Part shown: piece after piece, positions 18,463-26,930 of the stretch
Layout of the letters: the number at the start of each line of letters is the position of its first letter
Numbering within the stretch: position 1 is the stretch's first letter
Sequence record: OQ689735.1
Length of the DNA stretch: 64,000 bases
Source of the DNA: Escherichia phage 4E10
Reading direction: 5' to 3' (one strand)
The notes under the pieces: generated by a model
Told to the model about the DNA's origin: nothing
What the model saw: the letters and a program-made list of their open reading frames with translations, nothing else
Database searches by the model: none
Translations under genes and position numbers: made by a program

Positions 18463-19431
18463 TTATTTCAGAAGAGTAACCTCAGCGATTTCTTCCCAAC
18501 CGTTTTTGTCGGTCATAATAAAGTCAGCAAGATAAAGAGCAGTACGCAGTGAAACATTGCGTAAACGATTAACATTGACTTTCATCCATGATAATGCTTT
18601 ATAAGTTTCTTCATCAGAAAGACCGCGCTTTTGCATCATGTCAGTTGAAAGAATAACATCTTCAACCCTGACCATAATTTCTTCATTAGTGTGAACACCC
18701 AAATCTAAATAAACTGAGCGGGACACTAATGCTTGTAAATGTGGAGCAAGTTTAGTACCACGGTCTAATTCGCGGTCAATGTCAACGTTTGTGATAAAAA
18801 CAATCGTTCCTTTAAATTCAAACTCACGCTCAATGCCTTTTTCTTCTAAGTAAGAAGATGCAGTGCTCCAGCAGACTTTACGGGTCTCTCCAGTGTCCAG
18901 AGCGGCTTTTAGAAGATTAAGAATATCCATATCAGAGAAAACATCCACATCATCAATCAAAAGGACAGAATTCTCTTCACGATTATTCCAAAGCTGCTCA
19001 TAAAGACCGATACCGGAGATTTTACCGTTAATGCTTTTATATTCAATGTATCCAATATCATTTGCTTTATTTAAAGCTTTATCTAAAGAATACGTTTTAC
19101 CAATACCTGCTGCACCAGAGATAATTAATGAACGAATGTTTCCGTTAATAATACCATTCGTCATCATTCCCATAACATTAAATCTTTTATTAATGCGGGT
19201 TTTCATATCTTCATACGATTCTTTAACTTCTTCAACTTTTACACCATCATATGAAATGTCTGATTTGTAAACCCAAACACCGCGACGTTTACCGTCAATT
19301 TCAACAAAAACTTTACCATCTCCTTGTGCATCTACCGGAGCATTATCTGGGAACCATTCGCCTAAAAGCTCAAAAGTTCCAGAGATTTCTTTACCGAAGT
19401 AGATACCCTTATTGATAGTTACAGTTTTCAT
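18463..19431 (-). CDS. AAA+/P-loop ATPase
   Basis: Walker A GAAGIGKTYSL and Walker B VLLIDDVD; ATG at 19431 with GGAG site (ORF track starts at an upstream TTG). Confidence 0.7.
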   Translation of the reverse strand: MKTVTINKGIYFGKEISGTFELLGEWFPDNAPVDAQGDGKVFVEIDGKRRGVWVYKSDISYDGVKVEEVKESYEDMKTRINKRFNVMGMMTNGIINGNIRSLIISGAAGIGKTYSLDKALNKANDIGYIEYKSINGKISGIGLYEQLWNNREENSVLLIDDVDVFSDMDILNLLKAALDTGETRKVCWSTASSYLEEKGIEREFEFKGTIVFITNVDIDRELDRGTKLAPHLQALVSRSVYLDLGVHTNEEIMVRVEDVILSTDMMQKRGLSDEETYKALSWMKVNVNRLRNVSLRTALYLADFIMTDKNGWEEIAEVTLLK

Positions 19432-19468
19432 TTTATTCTCCAAATCTGTATCAGTAGTTGATAGTTGT

Positions 19469-19498
19469 ATAGTACCATAAAGCTTTATGATTGTAAAC
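19469..19498 (-). promoter_or_regulatory. T4-type early promoter (conserved module), upstream of the AAA ATPase gene
   Basis: Minus strand GTTTAC, 18 nt, TGG-TACTAT, conserved leader. Confidence 0.55.
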
Positions 19499-19522
19499 CG
19501 TTTTGTGAAAAATTTTTGAAAT

Positions 19523-19546
19523 AAAAAAGGGAGCCCGAAGGCTCCC
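19523..19546 (-). terminator. Strong rho-independent terminator downstream of the nucleotidyltransferase gene
   Basis: Minus strand GGGAGCC-TTCG-GGCTCCC followed by TTTTTT. Confidence 0.7.
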
Positions 19547-19548
19547 TA

Positions 19549-20562
19549 TCATTTATAATAACTTCGGTGGTTTTCAAGATAGACCTTCTCAAGGAAGTCA
19601 TCCCAGAAACTCATGTCTACTGTTTTAGGCATACCGTTCTTAGAAGCTTCAGTAGATGCTGCTTCTACTTGATCGACCACATCTTCTAAAAACTCTTGAA
19701 CCGTTTTAAATGGATGCTTACCCAACTTCACGTCGAGAATAAATGGAGCGTCTTGAAGTGGATAAATCAAGTCGCCAGTTTTGTAAATTTCCAATAGTTG
19801 AAGTCCACCACGACAGGCATGACTCAGAGCTTTCCAGTCAATGCCTTCATTGGCTTCGGCCTTACGAGCACGTTCACCATATTCAGCATCTAATTTGTTC
19901 AGTGACTGCTTAAGCTCAATAAGAGAAAGCGTTGTCTGATATTTACGACCCAATACAGTGTAGAACGTTTGTGGACCTGTTTTCTCATGATTATGGAATA
20001 CCCATTCACAAAATTCGTTCTCTGGAAGACGATGCTTAATATCTTCAACTTTAGTTCGACGCTGCTTAATGGAACCGTCTTCTTGGTAATCAACCCATTG
20101 CTCAGGGATTTGATTAACTACTTTCAATACATCACGTAATGCGGCCAAACGAGAACCCTTAACACCGTATTTAGAAGCTTGCTTGCGAACATATCCTAAA
20201 TAGGATTTCATGTTAGTCGTATAAAAACGAGAACGGTTGTCTTGAATAAACTTCCACACATCAGGCAAATCGGATTTAACCACTAGTTCAGGTGGAGTGT
20301 GAAGCATATCCAATGCTACAGTTTCACCATCTGCTGCTAATTTAAAGAAATACTTAAGACTGTATAGTTCATGGTCAATATCATCTTTAGTGTTTTTAGA
20401 TGATGTGTTGTTAGTGTTTTTACTCATATGCTCTTTAACATTTCCAATAAGAATATCGCGAGCAGGAGGAACAAAGATTTCTTTAAAATCTACATCAGAT
20501 TCTGGAGTAGAAGTTCCATAAAGATGACTACCAAAATAGCTTTTCATTACTGTTTTCATCAT
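19549..20562 (-). CDS. Pol-beta-superfamily nucleotidyltransferase-fold protein
   Basis: N-terminal GSHLYGTSTPESDVDF fits the hG[GS]x9-13Dh[DE] nucleotidyltransferase signature; 337 aa; strong terminator directly downstream. Confidence 0.65.
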   Translation of the reverse strand: MMKTVMKSYFGSHLYGTSTPESDVDFKEIFVPPARDILIGNVKEHMSKNTNNTSSKNTKDDIDHELYSLKYFFKLAADGETVALDMLHTPPELVVKSDLPDVWKFIQDNRSRFYTTNMKSYLGYVRKQASKYGVKGSRLAALRDVLKVVNQIPEQWVDYQEDGSIKQRRTKVEDIKHRLPENEFCEWVFHNHEKTGPQTFYTVLGRKYQTTLSLIELKQSLNKLDAEYGERARKAEANEGIDWKALSHACRGGLQLLEIYKTGDLIYPLQDAPFILDVKLGKHPFKTVQEFLEDVVDQVEAASTEASKNGMPKTVDMSFWDDFLEKVYLENHRSYYK

Positions 20563-21020
20563 TCAGCCTTATATTCAATAACAGGACATACTTTAGCTTT
20601 ACGCGCTTTTAAAAATTCGACGATAATAGATTTCTTGGGTTGAATAGGAGGTAAACCTTTATACGCCCTATCAATATTTTCTACATGTAAAGCATAATCC
20701 TTTTTCCATTTATAATCTTTATATTTTTCATGCAGTTGTGCAGGAATAACAAATGAACCGATAATAAGTAAAACAAGCAAAATGGCAAGTATAAATGCCG
20801 ATGGAAGAAGAGTCCATAAACTACCGAAAATAAGCCAACGTTGTAGGCTTTCTGCACAAATAATTGTTAGCCCTACGAGTATAGCACATCCAAAAATAGA
20901 AACGAAAAATGTAGGAATGGCAATAGACCAAAAATATGCGCATAGTGTCTTAGGTCGTTGCCATTCATCGTTAAACAATTTGAATAATTTATAATGCCAA
21001 GAGTTTTCATTAATAATCAT
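20559..21020 (-). CDS. Multi-pass membrane protein
   Basis: 153 aa with about three hydrophobic segments. Confidence 0.5.
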   Translation of the reverse strand: MIINENSWHYKLFKLFNDEWQRPKTLCAYFWSIAIPTFFVSIFGCAILVGLTIICAESLQRWLIFGSLWTLLPSAFILAILLVLLIIGSFVIPAQLHEKYKDYKWKKDYALHVENIDRAYKGLPPIQPKKSIIVEFLKARKAKVCPVIEYKAE

Positions 21021-21022
21021 AA

Positions 21023-21544
21023 TTATCCTTTCATTGAAGGCGTAACGGTTGTTAAATACTTAATCATAGCTTCAGCTTCTGATTTTGATAATGAAATTTC
21101 TCCATTGTTTTGACGAATAGAAATAAAATCCGGATGACGGTCACCACCAGCTTTTAAAACACACATATAAGTATCAGTTTCACCTTCAATATTTGAAATG
21201 ATTGAAGCAGTTCCACATGAATGCGGTTTTTGATAAATCAATGCAGCTTTTCTTCCGCCATTTGACTGCTCATAGGCTTTTAATACATCAAGCAAATCAG
21301 TTCTTTTATCAATAGCTAAAATGTTATTTTCATCTTCAATGTTAAATCCTTCGGATACTTCATAAAGTGTTACCCATAAATCACCAATGTCAATAACAGC
21401 ATTTACTTTTCCACGGCTTTCAAGAGTATGACAAATTTTCTTGATTTCGTCATAACTCATTTTAATAATATCATCTCCTTGACTAAGGAAGATGTCATTT
21501 TTAAATTCAACACGAATTAAACCGCTTCCACTTGAAATAAACAT
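21023..21544 (-). CDS. Hypothetical protein (paralog of 21551-22093)
   Basis: 173 aa; C-terminus EAMIKYLTTVTPSMKG resembles the neighbour's AIALKTYLDSVIPTMISK. Confidence 0.5.
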   Translation of the reverse strand: MFISSGSGLIRVEFKNDIFLSQGDDIIKMSYDEIKKICHTLESRGKVNAVIDIGDLWVTLYEVSEGFNIEDENNILAIDKRTDLLDVLKAYEQSNGGRKAALIYQKPHSCGTASIISNIEGETDTYMCVLKAGGDRHPDFISIRQNNGEISLSKSEAEAMIKYLTTVTPSMKG

Positions 21545-21550
21545 ATTTCC

Positions 21551-22093
21551 TCACTTTGAAATCATAGTTGGAATGACAGAATCAAGATAAGTCTTTAGCG
21601 CAATAGCTTCGTCTTTGGTAAATGTGACAATATGTGCTCGAGAATCATCATTTTGGCGAACAAGTACGACATCGCCATCTTCATAAGAAGTCTTGACATC
21701 CAAAGTCGTAGTATAATTTGCAGCTACTGGATTAATAATGCTAGCACCGCGATCTTTAGCCCATTGAAGTTTAGCCTTTTCGGGTGTTTCGACTGTTTCA
21801 GATTCCAAGAATTCTTTCACCTTGGCAACGAATGTTGCCCAATTGTTGATAGAAAGACACGCAAGTTCAGTTTCAATATTACCACCGTGAGTGCCACGAT
21901 AAAAACGAACTTGGAGGTCGTCTGTAATATTAGTTACACAGGTAACTCCTGAGGGAGCATAAGATAAAATCGCAGGCAATTCCATAGGAAGAATAGTAAT
22001 ACTATCGTCTTCCTGCGTCAGAACGTATACATTACCACGTTTTTCGATAACCAGGTCACCGAACAAATCAGTTGTTTCAATTACAGCTTTCAT
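21551..22093 (-). CDS. Hypothetical protein (paralog of 21023-21544)
   Basis: ORF track 21551..22105; ATG at 22093. Confidence 0.5.
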   Translation of the reverse strand: MKAVIETTDLFGDLVIEKRGNVYVLTQEDDSITILPMELPAILSYAPSGVTCVTNITDDLQVRFYRGTHGGNIETELACLSINNWATFVAKVKEFLESETVETPEKAKLQWAKDRGASIINPVAANYTTTLDVKTSYEDGDVVLVRQNDDSRAHIVTFTKDEAIALKTYLDSVIPTMISK

Positions 22094-22094
22094 A

Positions 22095-22280
22095 TTATTT
22101 ACCAATTAAAGTTTCAATATAAGAATCAAGATTTACTTTAGCTTCTTCCATAAGAGTTTTGTATTTAATCTTGCTGGCATGTCCAGAAAAAGCTGATTCA
22201 TCAATAATTGTTGACGTATGAACAGCTTTACTATACGTCTCAATTAATTCTCTTAATTTAAAAGCCTGCTCACTTGTCAT
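22095..22280 (-). CDS. Small helical protein (small-paralog family)
   Basis: ORF track 61 aa. Confidence 0.45.
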   Translation of the reverse strand: MTSEQAFKLRELIETYSKAVHTSTIIDESAFSGHASKIKYKTLMEEAKVNLDSYIETLIGK

Positions 22281-22412
22281 TACATACTCCTCTGAATCAT
22301 ATCAATAATGTTGTTCACCAGATTATAAGTAAACATTGGGTAATTATATTGAATCATCACATACACAACAAACAAAACTTTCATTCTCTTCTCCTTGGCA
22401 GTTGACAAGATT

Positions 22413-22442
22413 ACTATACCATAACCTTGCCAACTTGTAAAC
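22413..22442 (-). promoter_or_regulatory. T4-type early promoter
   Basis: Minus strand GTTTAC, 18 nt, TGG-TATAGT. Confidence 0.5.
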
Positions 22443-22444
22443 CA

Positions 22445-22618
22445 TTAAATGACGTTTTCGATAAAATTCTGAAGCTTTGTATGAGCATCAACCATGATTT
22501 TCAATTCTTCTTTAGCGAAAGCCGTACCTCTTTCCCGAGCAGAATACTCATAGTCAGAAACTGCATTAGCATATTCTTCAATTAGCTTCATTAAAAACAT
22601 CTGCTTTTCAGTTTTCAT
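22445..22618 (-). CDS. Small helical protein (57 aa), below ORF-track cutoff
   Basis: ATG at 22618 preceded by AGGTGGAATA, the same initiation motif as the gene at 22805-23008. Confidence 0.4.
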   Translation of the reverse strand: MKTEKQMFLMKLIEEYANAVSDYEYSARERGTAFAKEELKIMVDAHTKLQNFIENVI

Positions 22619-22802
22619 TATTCCACCTAATCATTTCAAGATATTGAACTAACTTAGCTTTAGATTTATCCAAATCCCTTTTAGCTGATTCTATACCATC
22701 GTATGAATATCCTTCACAATGCTCAACTGCTAATTGGTATGAATCTATTTCAATATCATGCGCTAATTTAATGATTTTTTCAAACTGTTCACGTGTTAGC
22801 AT
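22608..22802 (-). CDS. Small helical protein (small-paralog family)
   Basis: ORF track 64 aa. Confidence 0.5.
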   Translation of the reverse strand: MLTREQFEKIIKLAHDIEIDSYQLAVEHCEGYSYDGIESAKRDLDKSKAKLVQYLEMIRWNNEN

Positions 22803-22804
22803 AA

Positions 22805-23008
22805 TTAAACTCTCGTATTATGATCGATAATTTCATCAAGAAACATATCTAACGCTTCTAAAGCATTATCAACTTTAGTTTCAAGTTCATCAATGCCTTT
22901 ATTTGCAATGCCTGATGAAAACCAAGCAAAGTCACTAAGTTCCTCATCTGCTTTACGAATTAAAGCTACCAATTCCTTAATTTTATCCGCTTGTTCGATA
23001 CTAATCAT
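22805..23008 (-). CDS. Small acidic helical protein (small-paralog family)
   Basis: ORF track 22805..23044; ATG at 23008 with GGTGGAATA site; TAATG overlap with upstream gene. Confidence 0.5.
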   Translation of the reverse strand: MISIEQADKIKELVALIRKADEELSDFAWFSSGIANKGIDELETKVDNALEALDMFLDEIIDHNTRV

Positions 23009-23196
23009 TATTCCACCACATATGAAAGAGAGAATATTGCACATGCCATGTGAGTTGCAACTTCATCACACATATTATAGCGTTTCTTAAGAAGTTCTAC
23101 AAGTTCTTCACTAGTAACTTCATCCATGTCGACGAAAAAATCACCATTAATGATGACGTAGATATTTCCTTCTTGATTGAGTGCTTCAATTTTCAT
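23008..23196 (-). CDS. Small hypothetical protein
   Basis: ORF track 23008..23343 includes translated promoter; real start [10 protein letters not shown] at 23196 with AAGAGGAGAA site. Confidence 0.45.
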
Positions 23197-23224
23197 GATG
23201 TTCTCCTCTTTATCCGATAGTTGT

Positions 23225-23254
23225 ATAGTACCACAGCTCAAACGGAAAGTAAAC
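23225..23254 (-). promoter_or_regulatory. T4-type early promoter (conserved module)
   Basis: Minus strand GTTTAC, 18 nt, TGG-TACTAT, conserved leader. Confidence 0.55.
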
Positions 23255-23264
23255 CGGTAAAATG

Positions 23265-23285
23265 AAAAAGTCTCCCGAAGGAGAC
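23265..23285 (-). terminator. Rho-independent terminator
   Basis: Minus strand GTCTCC-TTCG-GGAGAC followed by TTTTTC. Confidence 0.65.
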
Positions 23286-23290
23286 TAATG

Positions 23291-23677
23291 TTATTCGAGG
23301 GAAAGAAGATACTTACTCTGGTAAAACATTCCAGTAATATCATCTATCGTGCTTTGGATGGCTGGAGGCATTTCTTTATAAATGCTGTTAGATTGGTCTA
23401 GTATGCGATCAATCATTTTAATTGTGTCGGTAGGAAGTTTACTGGCATCTGGAATTGAAGGTGTGTATTTTCTACCAGAATACCCCAAATATTGCTCACC
23501 AAATTTATCAATCAAATCTGGTAACTCGGAGAAAATAAAATCGTATGCTTTGTGTCTAGCATAATTTTTAGTTTCAAAATGTGCAGAATGAAAATAAGCT
23601 TGTGCAGCCATTAATAAACCTAAGTATTCATCTGCCTTTGAAGGTTTTCCACTTTGTGAAAAGTCGCTGAATTTCAT
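23291..23677 (-). CDS. Hypothetical protein (rI.-1 position)
   Basis: 128 aa immediately downstream of rI; terminator after its stop. Confidence 0.5.
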
Positions 23678-23967
23678 TCAGTCTCCAATTTAATGTTCAT
23701 AATTTTAGCGTATGATTGTGCCATCTCCGCGCCTCGTTCTATACATTCAAAATCAGAAGAGCACGGGTCATTTTTATAGGTCGTTCTCATAAAACTATAG
23801 AATTGTTCAGACGATTCTACGCTTTTATTTTCAAAAAGCATATAAACGTGCCTAATACCAGATTCCATAAATTTATCAAAATGAGGATCGACATTCGCTT
23901 CAATCGATGGAGATAAAACAAATGACAATCCTAGCATGGCAAATAGTGCCGTTGCTTTTAAGGCCAT
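23674..23967 (-). CDS. rI: Lysis-inhibition regulator rI (signal-anchored periplasmic protein)
   Basis: 97 aa, MALKATALFAMLGLSFVLSPSIEANVDPHFDKFMESG...; matches recalled T4 RI. Confidence 0.9.
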   Translation of the reverse strand: MALKATALFAMLGLSFVLSPSIEANVDPHFDKFMESGIRHVYMLFENKSVESSEQFYSFMRTTYKNDPCSSDFECIERGAEMAQSYAKIMNIKLETE

Positions 23968-23979
23968 AAAGGCCTCCTA

Positions 23980-24192
23980 TCATTTTTGTCCTGTATTTAC
24001 TTTATGCCGATGCACGGCCTTAACTTTATCAAGGTATTTTTCAAAATTTCGCAATCTAGTATAGTCTGCCGGAGATTGGTTGAGTGATACTTCTCGACGC
24101 AAAGCTGAAATGATATTTCCAACTTCCCTACGAATTTCATCTAATTGAAGAACAGTAAGATTGCGAAGTTGCTTTTCAGTTAATTGTAGCAT
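23980..24192 (-). CDS. Hypothetical protein
   Basis: ORF track 70 aa. Confidence 0.5.
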
Positions 24193-24234
24193 ATATACCC
24201 CTTTAGTTAGATAAACCTATTTATAACTTTTGCA

Positions 24235-24816
24235 CTAACCGAGCTTTTTAGTTAATTCATTCCAATGTTTTCTGCACAAAGAAACATAAATTTCATCACC
24301 AATACAGATTTGATTACCTTCTTTAACAGGCGTTCCATCTTCCATTAATCGAGCTGTCATAATCGCTTTTTTACCACAATGACAAACTGCCTTTAGTTCA
24401 ATAAGTTTATCTGCAATCGCCAAAAGCTCTTTAGAACCTTCAAATAATTTTCCAGCGAAATCAGTCCTTAGCCCATAAGCCATAACAGGAACATTATATG
24501 TATCAACAATTCGGCTTAATTGATGCACCTGTTCAGTTTTTAAAAACTGAGCTTCATCTACAAATACACAATGAATATCTTTTTGTGCTTCAGCCCATTT
24601 GTAGAACTCAAAAATATCCATATCATCCGTAATAATATTCGCTTCCTGTTTAATTCCAATGCGAGAAACGACTTCACAGACAGAATCGCGAGTATCAATA
24701 GCAGGCTTAAGAACTAATACACCCATTCCGCGTTCTTTATAATTATGCGCAGCAGTCAAAAGAGAAGCAGATTTTCCAGCATTCATTGCCGCATAAGTAA
24801 AAATTAAACTCGCCAT
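24235..24816 (-). CDS. tk: Thymidine kinase
   Basis: 193 aa, MASLIFTYAAMNAGKSASLL (P-loop) and zinc-ribbon Cys; matches recalled T4 Tk. Confidence 0.93.
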   Translation of the reverse strand: MASLIFTYAAMNAGKSASLLTAAHNYKERGMGVLVLKPAIDTRDSVCEVVSRIGIKQEANIITDDMDIFEFYKWAEAQKDIHCVFVDEAQFLKTEQVHQLSRIVDTYNVPVMAYGLRTDFAGKLFEGSKELLAIADKLIELKAVCHCGKKAIMTARLMEDGTPVKEGNQICIGDEIYVSLCRKHWNELTKKLG

Positions 24817-24825
24817 ATCACCTTC

Positions 24826-25011
24826 TTAAAGCGTATTCACATAAGCTATTAATTCGTTTTCTTTCTTATCAAACCGATCAGCAAATTCTTCTTGCTGATC
24901 GGGAGATAGCGGGCCATATTCATCATAAAAGGTGTTTGCTTCTGTATGCTCATCTAGAAGTTCATGGATAAGCTCAAACAATTTATCTTTTTGTTCTTTG
25001 CTTAGGCTCAC
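24826..25011 (-). CDS. Small acidic helical protein (small-paralog family)
   Basis: ORF track 61 aa, MSLSKEQKDKLFELIHELLDEH. Confidence 0.5.
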   Translation of the reverse strand: MSLSKEQKDKLFELIHELLDEHTEANTFYDEYGPLSPDQQEEFADRFDKKENELIAYVNTL

Positions 25012-25180
25012 AGTATGTCAATCCCCAAAAGTTTTAAAATGACTCGTTTCTGATTCATAACCGCTACGATTGAATGACCGTTGGGGTCTTTTTGACCTGA
25101 TCCAATTATAAATCCTTTTTGCGCAGAAAGTTCAATCAAAACATCAAGTTCACGTAATAATTGATATTTTAAATCATCAT

Positions 25181-25408
25181 TCATTTTGGTTTACCTTCTT
25201 TAACGAAATCAGGATAAGGATAAAATCCTGAATAAAATCCTTCACCTTTATGATTGATGCATCCTTTATTAGAACAATAGCACCAATAATCGAAATCACA
25301 AGCCATTTCATCGTTGCATAAAGCAAAAACAACCGGCCACTTACACTTTTCACAGTGGGCATTTTTAAGAATACTAGTTTGGCTCATAACCATGTAACCT
25401 TTAAGCAA
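25181..25408 (-). CDS. Cys-rich small protein (putative zinc binding)
   Basis: ORF track 75 aa; CEKCKW...CNDEMACDFDYWCYCSNKGC. Confidence 0.45.
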   Translation of the reverse strand: MLKGYMVMSQTSILKNAHCEKCKWPVVFALCNDEMACDFDYWCYCSNKGCINHKGEGFYSGFYPYPDFVKEGKPK

Positions 25409-25596
25409 TATTCTTCTACATGTTGTTTACGACCTTTCCTATCAATAAAGGTATATTCAACGAATGTTCCAATATAGTCTTTATCTACATCATGTGGACT
25501 ATTAATTGGGCATTTAGTACGGCAAATGCGTTCCCATTGACGAATAATTACTGCTTTGTTTTTAGGATCAAACGGATGCGGGTAATGTACTTTCAT
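25384..25596 (-). CDS. Hypothetical protein
   Basis: ORF track 70 aa. Confidence 0.45.
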   Translation of the reverse strand: MKVHYPHPFDPKNKAVIIRQWERICRTKCPINSPHDVDKDYIGTFVEYTFIDRKGRKQHVEEYCLKVTWL

Positions 25597-26047
25597 AATC
25601 CACCACTATTAAATCAATATCAGGAGTAAACATACCGATTAATTTAGAAACCTTATCCCAATCGCCGCCAGCAATACCACAACCTATGCGTGGAATGTAA
25701 ATTACCGGTTTAAACAAAAGGATTTCTGCCTGTAGATTTAATTCTATCATGCAGTTTACTAAAGCACCATAATCAAGATTAGGACCCGGTTCGTATTGCG
25801 TATACAAATTATAGCATATACCAAATCCCGTAGGATTATGTTTAAAAACAATAGACATATCGCCTAATTTATCACGAGAACCGTACTCGGTAGTGGTTTT
25901 ATCTATTTCTAAAATTTTGGGATAGGCTCTTGCTAATTGACCTGCTACGCCAGAGCCCATTGTGTGGAAGCAATTGCACCCGTGCGCAATAATATTACCT
26001 TGAAGAAATAGGGCGACAATATCGCCCTTGATATATTTTACAATCAT
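25568..26047 (-). CDS. Macro-domain (ADP-ribose binding/processing) protein
   Basis: GDIV...IAHGCNCFHTMGSGVAGQLARAYP and IYIPRIGCGIAGGDW resemble the two conserved macro-domain loops; 159 aa. Confidence 0.6.
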   Translation of the reverse strand: MIVKYIKGDIVALFLQGNIIAHGCNCFHTMGSGVAGQLARAYPKILEIDKTTTEYGSRDKLGDMSIVFKHNPTGFGICYNLYTQYEPGPNLDYGALVNCMIELNLQAEILLFKPVIYIPRIGCGIAGGDWDKVSKLIGMFTPDIDLIVVDYESTLPASV

Positions 26048-26385
26048 CTAGTACTCAATCCTCGATTATAAGAATCTACCAAACGGTCAACCATTGAATG
26101 ACAAGCGGCTTTATCTTTCTCCTCCGCAACTGAACATTCTAATGTATTCCACTTTTTAGCATATCGTTTTAATAATGTATCGTTTTTGTATCTGCTTGAT
26201 TTATCTCTTTCTCCGTCTTTATATGCATATATTAATTTCTGTGCAAATTCAGCTTGGCATGCTTTATTTTTCCCACAATAATCTGCCGCAGTGCGGTTTA
26301 CATACTCTCTAATTTCAGTATATGATGTATCTGCTAACGCAGAAAATGAAATTAATCCTATACATAAAACCAAAATTTTAGTCAT
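26044..26385 (-). CDS. Secreted small protein (signal peptide)
   Basis: N-terminus MTKILVLCIGLISFSALA then polar, Cys-containing domain; 113 aa. Confidence 0.5.
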   Translation of the reverse strand: MTKILVLCIGLISFSALADTSYTEIREYVNRTAADYCGKNKACQAEFAQKLIYAYKDGERDKSSRYKNDTLLKRYAKKWNTLECSVAEEKDKAACHSMVDRLVDSYNRGLSTR

Positions 26386-26923
26386 TTACTATTTCCAAAA
26401 GTTTATTATTTTTAAGGTAATTAGCCTTTTCTAGGACTTCAGAAGCATATTTAGAACCTGCTTTAACATTCCATCCCGAATTATAAGAGGATATCGCCTT
26501 TCTTATATCGCCCTTATGTATATTTAACCAATAAGAAAGTTCAATGTACGCCCAGGAAGCTGAATTGGACCGTTTATTCAACATTCTTTTTATTTCAGTA
26601 TCGGTCATATTATAACCAAGTTCCTTAACTCTCGCTCGCATTGTCGGCAAATAATTTTGGAACATTCCATAGGCATGATGCTTTGGTTTAGATTTTAAAT
26701 TAACTCCGGCAGAGCTTTCTTGCCATAAAATAGCAGCCATTATATGACCTAATCCGCTCTTGTGGATATTTTTGTGTGTTTTATATTTTCCATCCTTAGA
26801 AAATTGTTCCCCGAATTGATACGCGTAACGCATGTTATCGAGTTGGACATTACTGAAAGTATGCTCGGAGCTATGTGCCATCATTGAAATGGCCAATAGA
26901 CCAGCGAGTAGTGCTTTTCTCAT
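26378..26923 (-). CDS. Secreted lytic transglycosylase-like protein (SLT domain)
   Basis: Signal peptide MRKALLAGLLAISMMAHS; SLT-like motifs ES (WQESSAG), GMFQ and YNSG. Confidence 0.6.
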   Translation of the reverse strand: MRKALLAGLLAISMMAHSSEHTFSNVQLDNMRYAYQFGEQFSKDGKYKTHKNIHKSGLGHIMAAILWQESSAGVNLKSKPKHHAYGMFQNYLPTMRARVKELGYNMTDTEIKRMLNKRSNSASWAYIELSYWLNIHKGDIRKAISSYNSGWNVKAGSKYASEVLEKANYLKNNKLLEIVND

Positions 26924-26930
26924 GCTTACC

